A stretch of 64,000 nucleotides of DNA from Dehalococcoidia bacterium. GTDB lineage: Bacteria > Chloroflexota > Dehalococcoidia > Bin125. Positions 1 to 11,524 of this stretch are shown here, one piece after another. The first letter of the stretch is position 1; each line of letters begins with the position of its first letter. Position numbers and translations under genes: made by a program. Below the pieces are notes generated by a model that was not told where the DNA came from, searched no databases, and saw only the letters and a list, made by a program, of their open reading frames with translations. The stretch lies in NCBI GenBank assembly GCA_963662615.2, contig CAXXSR010000001.1, forward strand, positions 1,824,001 through 1,888,000, written 5' to 3'.

Positions 1-2
1 GC

Positions 3-3000
3 TCCGTCGCGCCCCTGGCGTTCCTGAGCGCACGCGGCGACGACCCCGTGATCGAGTTCGAGCCCCCCTTGCCCGGCCGAGGCGAGTGGCTCAATACGTC
101 GCTCTATCGCTTTCTCCCCGATGCAGTCGAGCCGAGCACCACCTATACGGCTCGGATCCGGCGCGGTCTCAGCTCGGCGGCGGACGGCGTGTTGGAGGAA
201 GATTTCGTCTGGACCTTCTCCACCAATCAGCCCGCGGTCATCGCCTCGGATCCCGCCCACAACACGATCTTCGTCCCTCCCGACCAAGCGATCGTGGTCA
301 CCTTCGATCAGCCCATGGTCCGCGCCTCCACGCAGGCGGGCGTCCTCCTCCGCAACCTGACGTCCGGAGGGCCGCCCCTCCAGGTCGCCGCGTCATGGAA
401 TGACGCCTCAACGGAACTCACATTAGCGCCGGTCGCCTTACTCGATCTGAGCCGGCGCTACGAAGTCCTCGTACCCGCGGGGCTGCCCGGCGCGCTCGGC
501 GGCGAGACGCAGTTGGACCGCGTGATCCAGTTCAGCACGATCGATCTGCCCAGAATCGTCAGCACCACGCCCGCCGACGGCGAGACAAATGCGGGGCGCT
601 TCGCCATCTCCATTCAATACAACAACCCAATGAATGAAGCCTCCTTTGACGGCCGCATCGAGATAGTCACGGTCACCGCTGACGGCGCCGAGACCGCCGT
701 CCCCTTCGACGACGAACGACAACGGTTCATCTACGGGGACAGCCGCATTGTCCAGGTATCCATCTCGGTGGAGCCGTCCACTCGTCACGTAGTGCGTATC
801 GCGAGCGGGGTCACTGACCGAATCGGGCAGCGGCTGGGCGCGCACGCATTCTCGTTTACCACAGGCGCCATTGAACCGTCCGTCAATTTCGTGACTCCGT
901 CACGGATCTCCACATATTCGGCCTCCACGGAGCCGATCCTCTTCTTCGAGACGATCAATCACGATGCGGTGAACTTCAGCCTGTATCAAATCAGTGACCA
1001 GGAGGCCGAGAGCATCATCCAGGGCGGCAAAATTCCGTTCGTCCGCAACCGCGTCTGGCGCCCTTCACAGGCGCCCGTCCGGACCTAGGTGCAGGCGGTG
1101 GATGGGCGGGCGAACGCGCTCACCCTTACGGCAACCTCGCTCAGCGGCGACGGGCCGCTCCCGAAGGGCCACTACTACCTGATCACCGACAGCCGCTTTA
1201 CGCCGAATCTGCTCTTCAGCGTGGTCGACACCACGCTCATCACCAAGCTGTCCGTCGACGAGTTTCTTGTCTGGGCTCTCGACTACGACACCGGCGCGCC
1301 GCTGTCAGGCGTCCCCGTGCAACTCGATCCTGCCCGCAACGGGATCGTCGCGCGGACGGGCCCGGACGGTCTGGCGAGTTTCGCCGTCCCTCCCCCCAAC
1401 CGCTTTTCCGACCAAGAACGCGCGCACACCGCCAAGGTCGATGCGAACGGCCGGCTGGGCATCGTTTCCTCGCGATGGTCGCGAGGGACGGAACCCTATC
1501 AGCTCGGCCTGCCGATCGATTTCTATCCGCGCGACTTCGTCGGGCACCTCTTCACCGACCGCCCCATCTATCGGCCCGGCGAAACCGTCTTCTACAAAGG
1601 AACGCTCCGGCTCGACGACGATGCGCGCTACAGCGTCCCCCAGGACACCAGCGTCCTCCACTTCATCATTCGCGACCCCCACTTCAACGAACTGACGCGG
1701 CTCGACGTGACGGTCAACGAATTCGGCACATTTGCCGGCGAGTTCATCCTTCCGCCCGGCGCGGACACCGGGCGCTACTCCCTCTCCCTCGAGCGACGGG
1801 ATCGGTTCACCGTCACGTCAGCGCAGTTTCGCATCGCCGAATTCCGCACGCCGGAGTTCGAAGTCACGGTCACCCCGGCGACGGAGACCGTCGTCGACGG
1901 GGATCAGATCGTCGCGGACGCAGAGGCGATATTCTTCTTCGGCGGGCCGCTGGCGGACGCCGCCGTCACCTGGGCCATGTTCGGATCCCCCACGGCAATC
2001 CGTGTCGAAGGATTCGAGAGCTACTCCTTCCGCGATTTCGACTTCTTCCGTCGCAGCGAACTCCAACAACCCCTGCGCGCTGAGGGCGAGACCGTGACCA
2101 ACGCGGCGGGCGTAGCGCGCATCTCAGCCCGCGCGGCGCTTGCAGCCCTGGAAGGGACGCAGCACGTCACCATTAGCGTGACCGTCTCGGATCAGAACGA
2201 CCAGGTGGTGGCAAGTACGGGAAGCGTCACCGTGCATCCGGCCGACTACTACGCCGGCATTCGTGCTACGACCTACATCGCCCGCGTCGATGAAACAGCC
2301 ACGATCGATCTCGTCACGGTCAATACCGAAGGGCAGCCGTTGGCGCAGCGGGCGGTCACCGTTGAGATCTTCGAGCGCCAATGGGTCACAACGAAGGAAC
2401 TTGGCCCGCAGGGCCGCTTCTACCACAGCGAGCCCGTCGACACGCTCATTAACACGATTCAGGTCACTACGGACGCCAATGCCGTGGCCCGGGTCGCCTT
2501 CCTGCCCGCGAAGCCCGGCCAACTGCGACTCGTCGCCACCGTCGTCGACGGCCGCGGTCGCGTCGCCCGCTCCTCGGCCTTTCTCTGGGTCAGCGGCTCA
2601 GGTCGCGCCAGTTGGCGCATCCGCAACGACGACGTGATCGAGCTGGTGGCGGACAAGGATCTCTATGACGTCGGCGACATCGCCGAGATCTTGGTTCCCT
2701 CGCCCTTCGAAGGCGCCATCGGACTCGTCACCGTCGAGCGGGGGAAGATCATCTCGCGATCGGTGGAGCAGTTCGAGACCACGAGCGAGACGCTTCGCAT
2801 CCGCATCACCGACGGACACGTCCCCAACATCTTTGTGAGCGTGGTGCTCTACCGGCCACCCACCGCGGTGGACCCGATTCCGCGCTATCACGTCGGCTAT
2901 GTTGAGCTGCCGATCTCCACGGCGTCCCGTTTGCTCACCGTCACCATCAAGCCGGACCGTGAACAGACCAGGCCCGGCGAAACGGTCCGCTACGACATCC

Positions 3001-5393
3001 ACGTCCAGGATCGCAACGGAGTGGGGCGCAGCGCGGAAGTGTCGGTCGCCATTGTGGACAAGGCCGTCCTCTCGCTCGCGGCCGAGGTCGGTCCCAACGG
3101 CTTGCGAGCGTTCTGGTTCCAGCGCGGGCTCGGCGTCCGCACGGCGGCATCGGTCGGCGTGTCGGTTGACCGAATCAATGACGCCGTCATTCAGGCGATC
3201 CAGGACGGCACCAAGGGCGGCGGAGGCGACGACCCCGACATTCGCGGCGATTTCCGCAACACCGCCTACTGGGCCGCGCAGGTCGTGACGGACGACAACG
3301 GCAACGCCAGCGTTAACGTCCCCATGCCCGACAACCTCACGACCTGGCGCGCCCAAGCGCGGGCCGTGAGCGGCGACACCCTCGTGGGCGAGGGCGTCAG
3401 CGAGCTGCTGTCCACCCAACCCCTCCTGATTCGATCGGCGCTTCCGCGCTTCTTCCGCGTTGGCGACTCGGCAACGCTGCGGATGCTCGTCCGCAACGCC
3501 ACCGACACGGCCCGCGAGGTTGCTGTCTCGCTTGAGGCGACGGGCATCACGATTACGGGCCCGCTCACGCAAACCAAGACCGTCCCGGCCGGCGATTCGG
3601 TGACGTATGCCTGGCCCGCCCTCCTCTCGCAGGCGGGGACGGCGGTGCTCACCTTCACGGCGCGCGGCGGCAATGGACTCGCCGACGCCATCCGTCTTGA
3701 ACGGCCCGTGTACTTGGATGTGACGCCGGAAACCACCGCCACTGGCGGCGTCGTCACCACGACCAGCGCGCTGGAAGCGGTCTATCTCCCCCCCTACGCC
3801 ATCCTTGACCAGGGCTCGTTGCAGGTCAGTGTGCAGGCTTCGCTAGTGGGGGCGTTGGACGCCGACCTCAGCGCCTTCCGTCCCCTGCCCTTTGAGAGTG
3901 TGGTGCGGGTGGCGAATCGCGTCATCGCCACGCTGGGCGCGCGGCGCGCCGACGGCGACGCCTCAAGCGCCGTGCGCAGTTCGCAGATCGCCGCGGACGT
4001 GACGCGCCTCATCGACGAACAGCGCCTCGACGGTGGCTGGAGCTGGTGCGGCACCTGCCGCACGAATCTGATCGTCACGGCCTGGGTCCTGCTCGCGCTG
4101 GGCGACGCACGCGATGCCGGCCGCCACATCGATGCCTCGGTGATCGGGCGGGCCACGGAGCTGGTCCGGGCGGAAATCAACCGTGCCACGGACGTCGCCA
4201 ACCCGGCGGACCCCAACCGGCAGGCCTTCCTCTTGTACGCGGCCGCATCCGCCGGCGGCGCCCCGCTCCACGGCGCCATGCGGGCAATCGTGCAGCAGAA
4301 TCGCAATCAGCTGGCCAACTGGGGCCGCAGCTACCTCATCCTCGGCTTGCAGGAAGGCCGCGGCGACGCGCCCAGCGGCGAGGTCCGAACGCTCATCAAC
4401 GACCTCACCGCCGCCGTCATCCCCAGCGCCAACGGCAATCATTGGGAGGATCTATTCCTGCGCGGATCGATGCACAACGGCAGCACCCGCGTGACCGCGC
4501 TGGCCCTGCGCGCCCTCACCACGGCCGATCCCGATCACCCCTTGATCGAAGAGACGGCGCGCTGGCTGGTGACGGCCCGCGACGCGCAGCGCTACGCGAC
4601 CTTGGTGGAGCGCGCGCAGGCCATCGCCTCGCTGGGCGATTTCGCCAACCGCACGGGTGAGCGTCGCGGCGACTACGACTACGCGGTCACGCTGGATGGC
4701 GCGTCGCTGCTGACGGGGCACTTCCAACCCAGCCGCGGCGCCAACGTCGCCGCCGAGTTCGTGCCCCTCGGCGACTTGCGGCCCGGCGACGTCAGTCTCA
4801 TCTCATTCGAGCGGGAGGCGTCCGCGCCGGGACGGCTCTACTACGGCTTGAATCTGCGCTACGTCACGCCCGCCCGTGAAGTCGAAGCGCTCAACCGCGG
4901 CTTCGCCGTGTCCCACGAATACACGCTGCTTGACGACCCCGATCGCCGGATCAACAGCGCCACACTCGGCGACGTCGTCCGCGTCCGCGTCACGATCATG
5001 GCCGACGCCGATCGAAAATGCGTCACCGTCGACGACTTCCTCCCGGCGGGGCTGGAACCGATCGATCCGCAACTCGACATCGTTCCTATTGAACTCCGCC
5101 AACAGCTGCAACAGGAGCGGCAAGCAGCGGTCGCGGCCAACGCGCCGGAGTACGTCGCACCCTGGTATCGCTACTACTTCAACCCCTGGGACCAGGTCAA
5201 CGTGCGCGATGATCGCGTAACGCTGCGAGCGGAGAATCTGCCCAGGGGCGTGTACGTGTACGTCTACTTCGCCCGCGCCACTAGTCCCGGCGACTATTTT
5301 GTTGCGCCGGCGCACGCGGAAGAGACGTTCTTCCCTGAACTCTTCGGTCGCAGCGACAGCGGGCGCTTCGCGGTTCTCGAGCCTGGTGAATAG
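3..5393 (+). pseudogene. Bacterial alpha-2-macroglobulin with N-terminal Ig-like (Big_5/SbsA-type) repeats; 5' end outside window; one in-frame TAG at 1086-1088
   Basis: ORFs 48-1088 and 1089-5393 are in frame, separated only by TAG. Motifs FTDRPIYRPGETV, FRNTAYW, PDNLTTWR, DFLPAGLEP and ARATSPGDYFVAPAHAEE; Ig-like FDQPM/YNNPM repeats at the N-terminus. Confidence 0.85.
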
Positions 5394-5417
5394 GACCTGC
5401 GGGGAAGCCGGCGCCGA

Positions 5418-6341
5418 CTAGCGTTCGCTCCCCACGCCCGCCTCCGCCGCAGCCTCCTGCTCCTCGTACGTATCAAAGAAGCGGCTGCCGGAGCGCGCCT
5501 GAAGCTCGTAGATCGACCCCGGCTTGGGCGCCGGAGGAAGCGGCAGGCGCACCGGCACCGCTTCCAGCCGCGGCTCCAGAGATGGCTCGCCGGCCACCAT
5601 GTGGTCGTCGTACTTCTCCGGTTGGACTCCAGAAACCGCCAGCAACGGCCAGGCGTCGGCGGCGGCGTACTGGTAGAGCAGCAGGCGCCGCTGCCGCGCC
5701 GAGCGGTTCAGCGCCGATCCGTGGAGCATCCGCACGTGATGGAACGTCACCGTCCCCGCCGGGCCGATGAGCGCCACCGCCTTCGCCGGGTCGATCCCGC
5801 TGGCCGCGAAATCCATGGCGCCGCAGAAGTGTCCGTCGCTGAGGTGGTCGTAGATCGGACCACGGTGACTGCCGGGGATGACCAGCAGCGGCCCGTTCTC
5901 CTCATCGCAGTCGTCCAAGAGGATGCCCGCGGCCAGAAGATCGTCGTTGGTGTGCGGATAGAACGCCCAGTCCTGATGCCACTCCACCGGCGCGCCGTGC
6001 TCCGCCGACTTCAGATTCAGCTTGTCGCCCTGATAGCGCAGGTTTGGCCCGATTAGCTGCCTCAGCACCTCCACCATCGGCGGGTACGCCGACAGCTCCT
6101 TGAAGAAGGCGAAGTGCAGCCGCGGATACTTGATCCTCCGGACGCGCGGTGCTTCCGGGGTGTGGCTGTCTTCCAGGTCCAGGACCTCATTGCTCTCGGA
6201 GAGCCCGGCCGCCTTCGCAACGATCGCGTCCGTCTCCCGCCGCAGCGCCGCCAGCGTCTCGGCGTCAAGAAGTTCCGCAACCACCACGTAGCCGTGCTCG
6301 CGGTAAAAGGCAACCTGCGCTTCACTGAGACGTCCGGACAC
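5418..6341 (-). CDS. Phytanoyl-CoA dioxygenase (PhyH) family Fe(II)/2-oxoglutarate dioxygenase
   Basis: FYREHGYVV, WHQD (HxD), ENGPLLVIPGSH, LHGS and distal Arg. Confidence 0.9.
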   Translation of the reverse strand: MSGRLSEAQVAFYREHGYVVVAELLDAETLAALRRETDAIVAKAAGLSESNEVLDLEDSHTPEAPRVRRIKYPRLHFAFFKELSAYPPMVEVLRQLIGPNLRYQGDKLNLKSAEHGAPVEWHQDWAFYPHTNDDLLAAGILLDDCDEENGPLLVIPGSHRGPIYDHLSDGHFCGAMDFAASGIDPAKAVALIGPAGTVTFHHVRMLHGSALNRSARQRRLLLYQYAAADAWPLLAVSGVQPEKYDDHMVAGEPSLEPRLEAVPVRLPLPPAPKPGSIYELQARSGSRFFDTYEEQEAAAEAGVGSER

Positions 6342-6564
6342 TCGTGTTCCCCTCGCCGCTCGCGGTCCGAGTGCGCGAACCTTATCACAGGCGGGCCTCG
6401 ACCCCGGCCACGGTGGACCGCCGGCGCGAAGTCGGGGCGCGTCGATTGCATGGTCCCCCCGCGCTCCTCGGCAAGCCTAGAATCACGACGCCGGCCTAGC
6501 GCGGAGAGGACGTCCTCGGCGAGCACCGGCGCAACATGCAGCCCGCGCAGGGAGGGAGACCACC

Positions 6565-7359
6565 GTGCGGCTCAACACCGACAGGATGATCGCCAGGAAA
6601 GAGGGCGCCATCGCCTGGATGATCTTCAACAATCCTCGCCGACGCAACGCCCTCTCCGTTGAGATGCTGGAAGCGATCCCGCGGATCCTCGCCGACTTCG
6701 CCGAGGACGACGCCGTACGCGTCGTCGTCATGGCGGGCGCGGGCGAGAGGGCGTTCGTCTCCGGCGCGGATATCTCCGAGTTTGAAGAGCGTCGCTCATC
6801 GCCGCAGGCGATCGAGAAATACGACCACATCACGGCCCAAGTCGCCGCCGCTTATGCGGCCCTGGGCAAGCCCCTGATCGCAATGATTCGGGGCGCCTGC
6901 ATTGGTGGCGGGCTGCTCACCGCGATGCGGGCCGACCTCCGCGTCGCCTCCGACGATGCCCAGTTTGGCGTCCCCGCGGCGCGACTCGGCCTCGGCTACG
7001 GCTTCGCCAGCGTCAAGGCGCTCGTGGACCTGGTTGGGCCGGCCCACACCCGCGAGATCCTCCTCACCGGAGAGCGATTCAGTGCGGCCCATGCCTTGCG
7101 GATTGGGCTGATCAACCGCGTCGTTCCCGCCGCCGACCTGGAGGGCGCCGTCCGCGACCTCGCCTCAGCGATCGCCGACAACGCCCCGCTTACGATCAAA
7201 CTCATCCGCGTCGCGGTGGACGAAGCGCTCAAAGAGAGCGGCGAACGTGATTACGCGGTGATTGATCGCCTGGTCGCCGACTGCTTCGCGAGCGACGATT
7301 ACAGCGAAGGACGGCGGGCATTCCTTGAGAAGCGCACGCCGGTTTTTCGGGGACGCTAG
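6565..7359 (+). CDS. Enoyl-CoA hydratase/isomerase (crotonase) family protein
   Basis: NNPRRRNAL, AFVSGADISEF, GACIGGG, EGRRAFLEKRTPVF; RBS GGGAGG upstream of GTG. Confidence 0.9.
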   Translation: MRLNTDRMIARKEGAIAWMIFNNPRRRNALSVEMLEAIPRILADFAEDDAVRVVVMAGAGERAFVSGADISEFEERRSSPQAIEKYDHITAQVAAAYAALGKPLIAMIRGACIGGGLLTAMRADLRVASDDAQFGVPAARLGLGYGFASVKALVDLVGPAHTREILLTGERFSAAHALRIGLINRVVPAADLEGAVRDLASAIADNAPLTIKLIRVAVDEALKESGERDYAVIDRLVADCFASDDYSEGRRAFLEKRTPVFRGR

Positions 7360-7412
7360 CATCCGTCCCCTCGCCGCCGAACTCCACTGCCGCTGCGTCA
7401 ATATCGGCCACC

Positions 7413-7459
7413 GGTCTCCGGAAACGCGAGTCTCCGGAAACGCGAATCTCCGCAAGCGC
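7413..7459. repeat. ~16-bp tandem repeat (GTCTCCGGAAACGCGA), about 3 degenerate copies, between convergent genes
   Basis: gtctccggaaacgcga-gtctccggaaacgcga-atctccgcaagcgc read directly. Confidence 0.7.
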
Positions 7460-7482
7460 TTGTTCTCTGCGAGCGACACGAC

Positions 7483-8484
7483 CTAGTCGGCGCTGTCAGC
7501 GCCCACCGCTATCTGGAAGCCCTTTTCGTGCCGCCAGCAGCGGCGACCGTCCGCGGCGACGTACTGGTAGGCCGAGAGCGCGGCGATCGCGCCCTGCGAC
7601 GCCGCCGTCACCGTCTGTTTGAGCGGCCCCGAGCTATCGGTGAGATCGCCTGCGGCGAAGACGCCGTCCACGTTCGTCTTCATCAGCCGGTCAACGTGCA
7701 CCTCGTTCGTCTCAGGGTTGAGGTCAATGCCCAGCCGCTCGGCCAGAGCCACACGCGGATCTGCGCCGATCTCAATGAACACGCCGTCAACCCGCAGGAC
7801 GTCACGGTCGTCGTGCGGCGGACTGATCCGGATGGCGCTGAGTCCGGACTCCTCATCTCCGATCAGCTCCCTCACTTCGGTCCTGAAGAGCACACGGACG
7901 GCGCTTTCGTTCAGAAGGTCCACCAGCACGGGCTCCGGGCGGAAGAGCGTGGCGCCGCGATAGATCAGCAACACCTCCGACGCGTACTTGGCGTTCAGGA
8001 TCGCCCCCTCAACGGCCGCATTGCCGCCGCCCACCACGGCCACCACCCGATCGCGATAGAGGGGCGCATCACACGTGGAACAGTAAGAGACGCCCTTGCC
8101 CGTCCACTCTTCCTCGTGCGCCAGCCCCAGCTTCCGGCGCTCACGTCCGATCGCCAGGATCACCGCGCCCGATCTCACCGACGATCCGTCCGAGAGCTGC
8201 GAGTCAAAGCAGCGCTCGCCCGGCTCGATGGCGGTGACCATGGCATCGATGATCGGCACCCCGTACTTGTCCACCTGCTCCTTGAACTTGAGCATGAGAT
8301 CGAAGCCATCGATCTCGGGCTGGCCCGGGTAGTTCTCAATCGTGCCGCCAATGGCGGTCTCACCGCCGAAGCGATCGCCCACCACCACCGCCTCCAGTTG
8401 ATACCGAGCGGCGTACAGCGCCGCCGCGTAGGCCGCGGCGCCCTGGCCGGCAATGAGAACGTCTACGACGCCGTTCGCTGGCAT
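7483..8484 (-). CDS. trxB: Thioredoxin-disulfide reductase
   Basis: IENYPG, GVSYCSTCD redox CxxC, GGGNAA, GVFAAGD. Confidence 0.85.
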   Translation of the reverse strand: MPANGVVDVLIAGQGAAAYAAALYAARYQLEAVVVGDRFGGETAIGGTIENYPGQPEIDGFDLMLKFKEQVDKYGVPIIDAMVTAIEPGERCFDSQLSDGSSVRSGAVILAIGRERRKLGLAHEEEWTGKGVSYCSTCDAPLYRDRVVAVVGGGNAAVEGAILNAKYASEVLLIYRGATLFRPEPVLVDLLNESAVRVLFRTEVRELIGDEESGLSAIRISPPHDDRDVLRVDGVFIEIGADPRVALAERLGIDLNPETNEVHVDRLMKTNVDGVFAAGDLTDSSGPLKQTVTAASQGAIAALSAYQYVAADGRRCWRHEKGFQIAVGADSAD

Positions 8485-8784
8485 GGGCTGACCTCCACTG
8501 CAAGGACATTGCTGACGGATCGGATCAAGCCTAGCGGCGGGCGCCGGCGATCACACCTCGAGATTGCCGAAGCGGACGGCGGCGTACACGCGCCCCGACG
8601 CCACCGGCGCCCCGCCGACACCTCTCCTGGCCCGGCATCTCACCGAATCATCCCGGCGCCGCCCAGCGCACGACCCGCAGGAAGGCGCTACACGAATCGC
8701 CGCCGAATCCTGCCTGCACCGGTCTCGACGATCATGGTGTGCAGGCATATACTCCACCACCGGACCCAAGGAGCCCCCAAAACC

Positions 8785-9366
8785 ATGCCGACCCCAAACG
8801 TCGATCCGAATCGTGTCATCCTCACCGGGGAGAACCCCTTCATTCGCTTGAGCGACGCCGACGACGGCCCCGTCACGACCGATGCCAGCTTCTGGCGCAT
8901 CCTCTTCTCGCCGGCCGGTCCCGGCCACGTCCTCTATCTCAAGAGCGAGCTCACGGGCGACCGCTGGCGCATCTACGCCGACAACATCGCCCTTGCTCGC
9001 TGGCTCCAGAACACCGTGCAGGGAGCACTGAGCCCTGAGACCGCCGACACCAGCGTCCCCGTCATGGACGCCGACTTTGGTCAGTCCGGCGACCTGCGCT
9101 CGTTCTGGACCGAGTCCGTCGTCTCGCCGGACGAGGAGCTGACCCTCACCTGGCACGACCTGGGCGATCCCCTCATGCTGCACGTCGCCAGCCATCAGGT
9201 CGCCACCGCCTACGGCGTCTGCACGCTCCTCATCCCCGCGCTCGGGGCACGTCTCACCGTGAACGGGGTGCAGGCCGACGGGCAGGCCTGGCCGCGGGAG
9301 CGCGAGGGCAGGCCCTTCAGCACCTGCTCTCTCGCCTTCTCCGAGAGTTGGACCGAGCCCAGGTAA
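8785..9366 (+). CDS. Hypothetical protein (193 aa, beta-rich)
   Basis: AAGGAG RBS before ATG 8785; coding-like codon usage. The ORF-track extension back to 7528 is antisense to trxB. Confidence 0.75.
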   Translation: MPTPNVDPNRVILTGENPFIRLSDADDGPVTTDASFWRILFSPAGPGHVLYLKSELTGDRWRIYADNIALARWLQNTVQGALSPETADTSVPVMDADFGQSGDLRSFWTESVVSPDEELTLTWHDLGDPLMLHVASHQVATAYGVCTLLIPALGARLTVNGVQADGQAWPREREGRPFSTCSLAFSESWTEPR

Positions 9367-9488
9367 ATGGATCGCCCCGGGGAACCCGACGCGACCGCTC
9401 GCCGCAGCGCCGGGCGCGCGCCTCCGCGCCAATGCGCCCCGCACCGCACGCACAGCGGCCATTAGAGAAACGGGCAAGGAGCCACACC

Positions 9489-10586
9489 ATGAAGATCACC
9501 GACGTCCGCATGGAGGTCTACAGTTGGCCGCGCGACAAGGCCATCACCAACGGCCTCTACACCTACACCCACGCCAGCATCCGCCCCGTGATCATTGACA
9601 CGGACGAAGGCGTCACCGGCATCGGCATCGCCGGCGGCGACCAGGTCTCTGCGCAGGTGACCGTCGCCATCGTTGACCACCTCAAGCCGCTCCTGATCGG
9701 CAAGGACCCCTTGGACAACGAGCGTCACTGGCACAACATGTGGCGCCCCAAGCTCGTAGGCCGACGCGGCATCACCACCCGCGTCCTCGGCGGCATCGAC
9801 ATGGCGCTCTGGGACATCAAGGGCAAGATCGCCGGCCTGCCCCTCTACAAGCTACTCGGCGGCTTCGACAACAAGATCGACACCTACGTCGCCGGCGGCT
9901 ACTACGAAGAGGGCAAGGGCCTCAAGGAGCTTGCCGCGGAGATGGAACACAACGTCAGCCTCGGGGTGCGCGCCGTCAAGATGAAGGTCGGCGCCGTCCC
10001 CATCAACGAGGACATCGAGCGCGTCCGCGTGGCGCGCGATGCCATCGGCCCCGACATCCGCCTCATGGTCGACGCCAATAACGCCTACCGGCATTACGAG
10101 GCGATCGAGTTCGCCCGCAAGGCCGAGAAGTACGAACTCTTCTGGTTCGAGGAGCCGGTCGAGCCGGACGACTACATCGGCCAGGCCGAGATCACCCACG
10201 CCACCAGCATCCCCATCGCCGCCGGCGAGAACGAGTACACCCGCTACGGCTTCCGTGACCTGATCAACCACCGCGCCGTGGACATCTTGCAGCCGGACGC
10301 CCTGGTGCTCGGCGGCGTCACCGAGTTCATGAAGGTCGCGGCGCTGGCGCAGGCCAACGACCTCGACATCGCCCCGCATGGCAAGCAGGAGGTCCACATC
10401 CACCTGGTCACTGCCATCCCCAACGGCCTCATCCTAGAGTACTACGCCGACACCTTCGACGCCATGTACGGCAACGTCTACAAAGACACGCTTCACATCA
10501 AGGACGGCTACGTCTACGCCCCGGACCGCCCGGGGTTGGGCCTGGAGTTGAACCGGGAGTTTCTGGCGCGCTACCGCATCGGCTGA
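9489..10586 (+). CDS. Mandelate racemase/muconate lactonizing enzyme family protein
   Basis: IDMALWDIKGK, KMK, MVDAN, WFEEP, AGENE, PGLG; AAGGAG RBS. Confidence 0.92.
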   Translation: MKITDVRMEVYSWPRDKAITNGLYTYTHASIRPVIIDTDEGVTGIGIAGGDQVSAQVTVAIVDHLKPLLIGKDPLDNERHWHNMWRPKLVGRRGITTRVLGGIDMALWDIKGKIAGLPLYKLLGGFDNKIDTYVAGGYYEEGKGLKELAAEMEHNVSLGVRAVKMKVGAVPINEDIERVRVARDAIGPDIRLMVDANNAYRHYEAIEFARKAEKYELFWFEEPVEPDDYIGQAEITHATSIPIAAGENEYTRYGFRDLINHRAVDILQPDALVLGGVTEFMKVAALAQANDLDIAPHGKQEVHIHLVTAIPNGLILEYYADTFDAMYGNVYKDTLHIKDGYVYAPDRPGLGLELNREFLARYRIG

Positions 10587-10627
10587 CGATGCGGCCGCTC
10601 GCAAGCCCCCTATCCGCCGCGACTCCT

Positions 10628-10692
10628 ACAGCCCTGCAAGACCCACAGCCCCAGAAGGCCCACAGCCCCTGGAAGGCCCACGGCCCCGAAAG
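10628..10692 (+). repeat. Degenerate 17-18-bp tandem repeat (ACAGCCCC..AAGGCCC), about 4 copies, just before the HAD RBS
   Basis: acagccctgcaagaccc-acagccccagaaggccc-acagcccctggaaggccc-acggccccgaaagg. Confidence 0.6.
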
Positions 10693-10702
10693 GAAAGCCC
10701 CC

Positions 10703-11416
10703 ATGCCCGCTCTCCCTCTCAAAGCCCTCGCCTTCGACATCTTCGGCACCGTCGTCGACTGGCGCACGAGCATCATCCGCGAAGGCCGCGCGCTCGGCGA
10801 AAACAAGGGCATCAACGCCGATTGGGAAGCGCTCGCCGACGCCTGGCGGGGCAAGTACCAGCCCGCCATGGAGCGCGTGCGGCGCGGAGAGCGTCCCTGG
10901 GCCAAGCTCGACGTGCTCCACCGCGAGGGCCTCGACGAGCTGCTCGTCCAGTTCGGCATCACTGGCTTGAGCGAAGAGGAGATCGCCGATTTCAACCGCG
11001 CTTGGCACCGCCTCGACCCCTGGCCGGACACCGTCGCCGGCTTGACCCGCCTGCGAAAAAAGTTCCTCCTCGCCACGCTCTCCAACGGCAACGTCGCCCT
11101 GCTCGTCAACATGGCCAAGCACGCCGGCCTGCCCTGGGATGCGATCCTCGGGGCCGAGGTGGCGCGGCACTACAAGCCCCAGCCTGAAGCCTATCTGGTG
11201 ACGGCCGAGCTGCTCGACTGCGCGCCTGAGCAATGCCTGCTGGTCGCCGCCCACAACAAGGATCTCGTCACCGGCGCACGCCTGGGCATGAAGACGGCGT
11301 TCGTCGCGCGCCCGTCCGAGTACGGTCCCCATCAAAGCCAGGACTTCAAAGCCGAGCACGACTTCGACTACGTCGCCAAGGACTTCCTGGACCTGGCGGA
11401 CCAGCTCGGCTGTTGA
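10703..11416 (+). CDS. Haloacid dehalogenase type II (HAD superfamily)
   Basis: AFDIFGTVVDWR, TLSNGN, YKP, LVAAH..DL. Confidence 0.9.
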   Translation: MPALPLKALAFDIFGTVVDWRTSIIREGRALGENKGINADWEALADAWRGKYQPAMERVRRGERPWAKLDVLHREGLDELLVQFGITGLSEEEIADFNRAWHRLDPWPDTVAGLTRLRKKFLLATLSNGNVALLVNMAKHAGLPWDAILGAEVARHYKPQPEAYLVTAELLDCAPEQCLLVAAHNKDLVTGARLGMKTAFVARPSEYGPHQSQDFKAEHDFDYVAKDFLDLADQLGC

Positions 11417-11524
11417 GCGGGACCAGCGCTTCTTGCGGCGTCCCCACGACCAAGGCTCGATCGACAGCACTATCGGAGGAACTGCTACAAAGACTGGGGG
11501 CAGCTCTTTCGGGCCACCAGTCGC

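Noticed and set aside
11411-11437. Cys-TGA at the HAD end, duplicated with its downstream sequence, as possible selenocysteine plus SECIS
   Set aside because: The protein is already full length for the family, I see no convincing SECIS, and DNA duplication explains the conservation.
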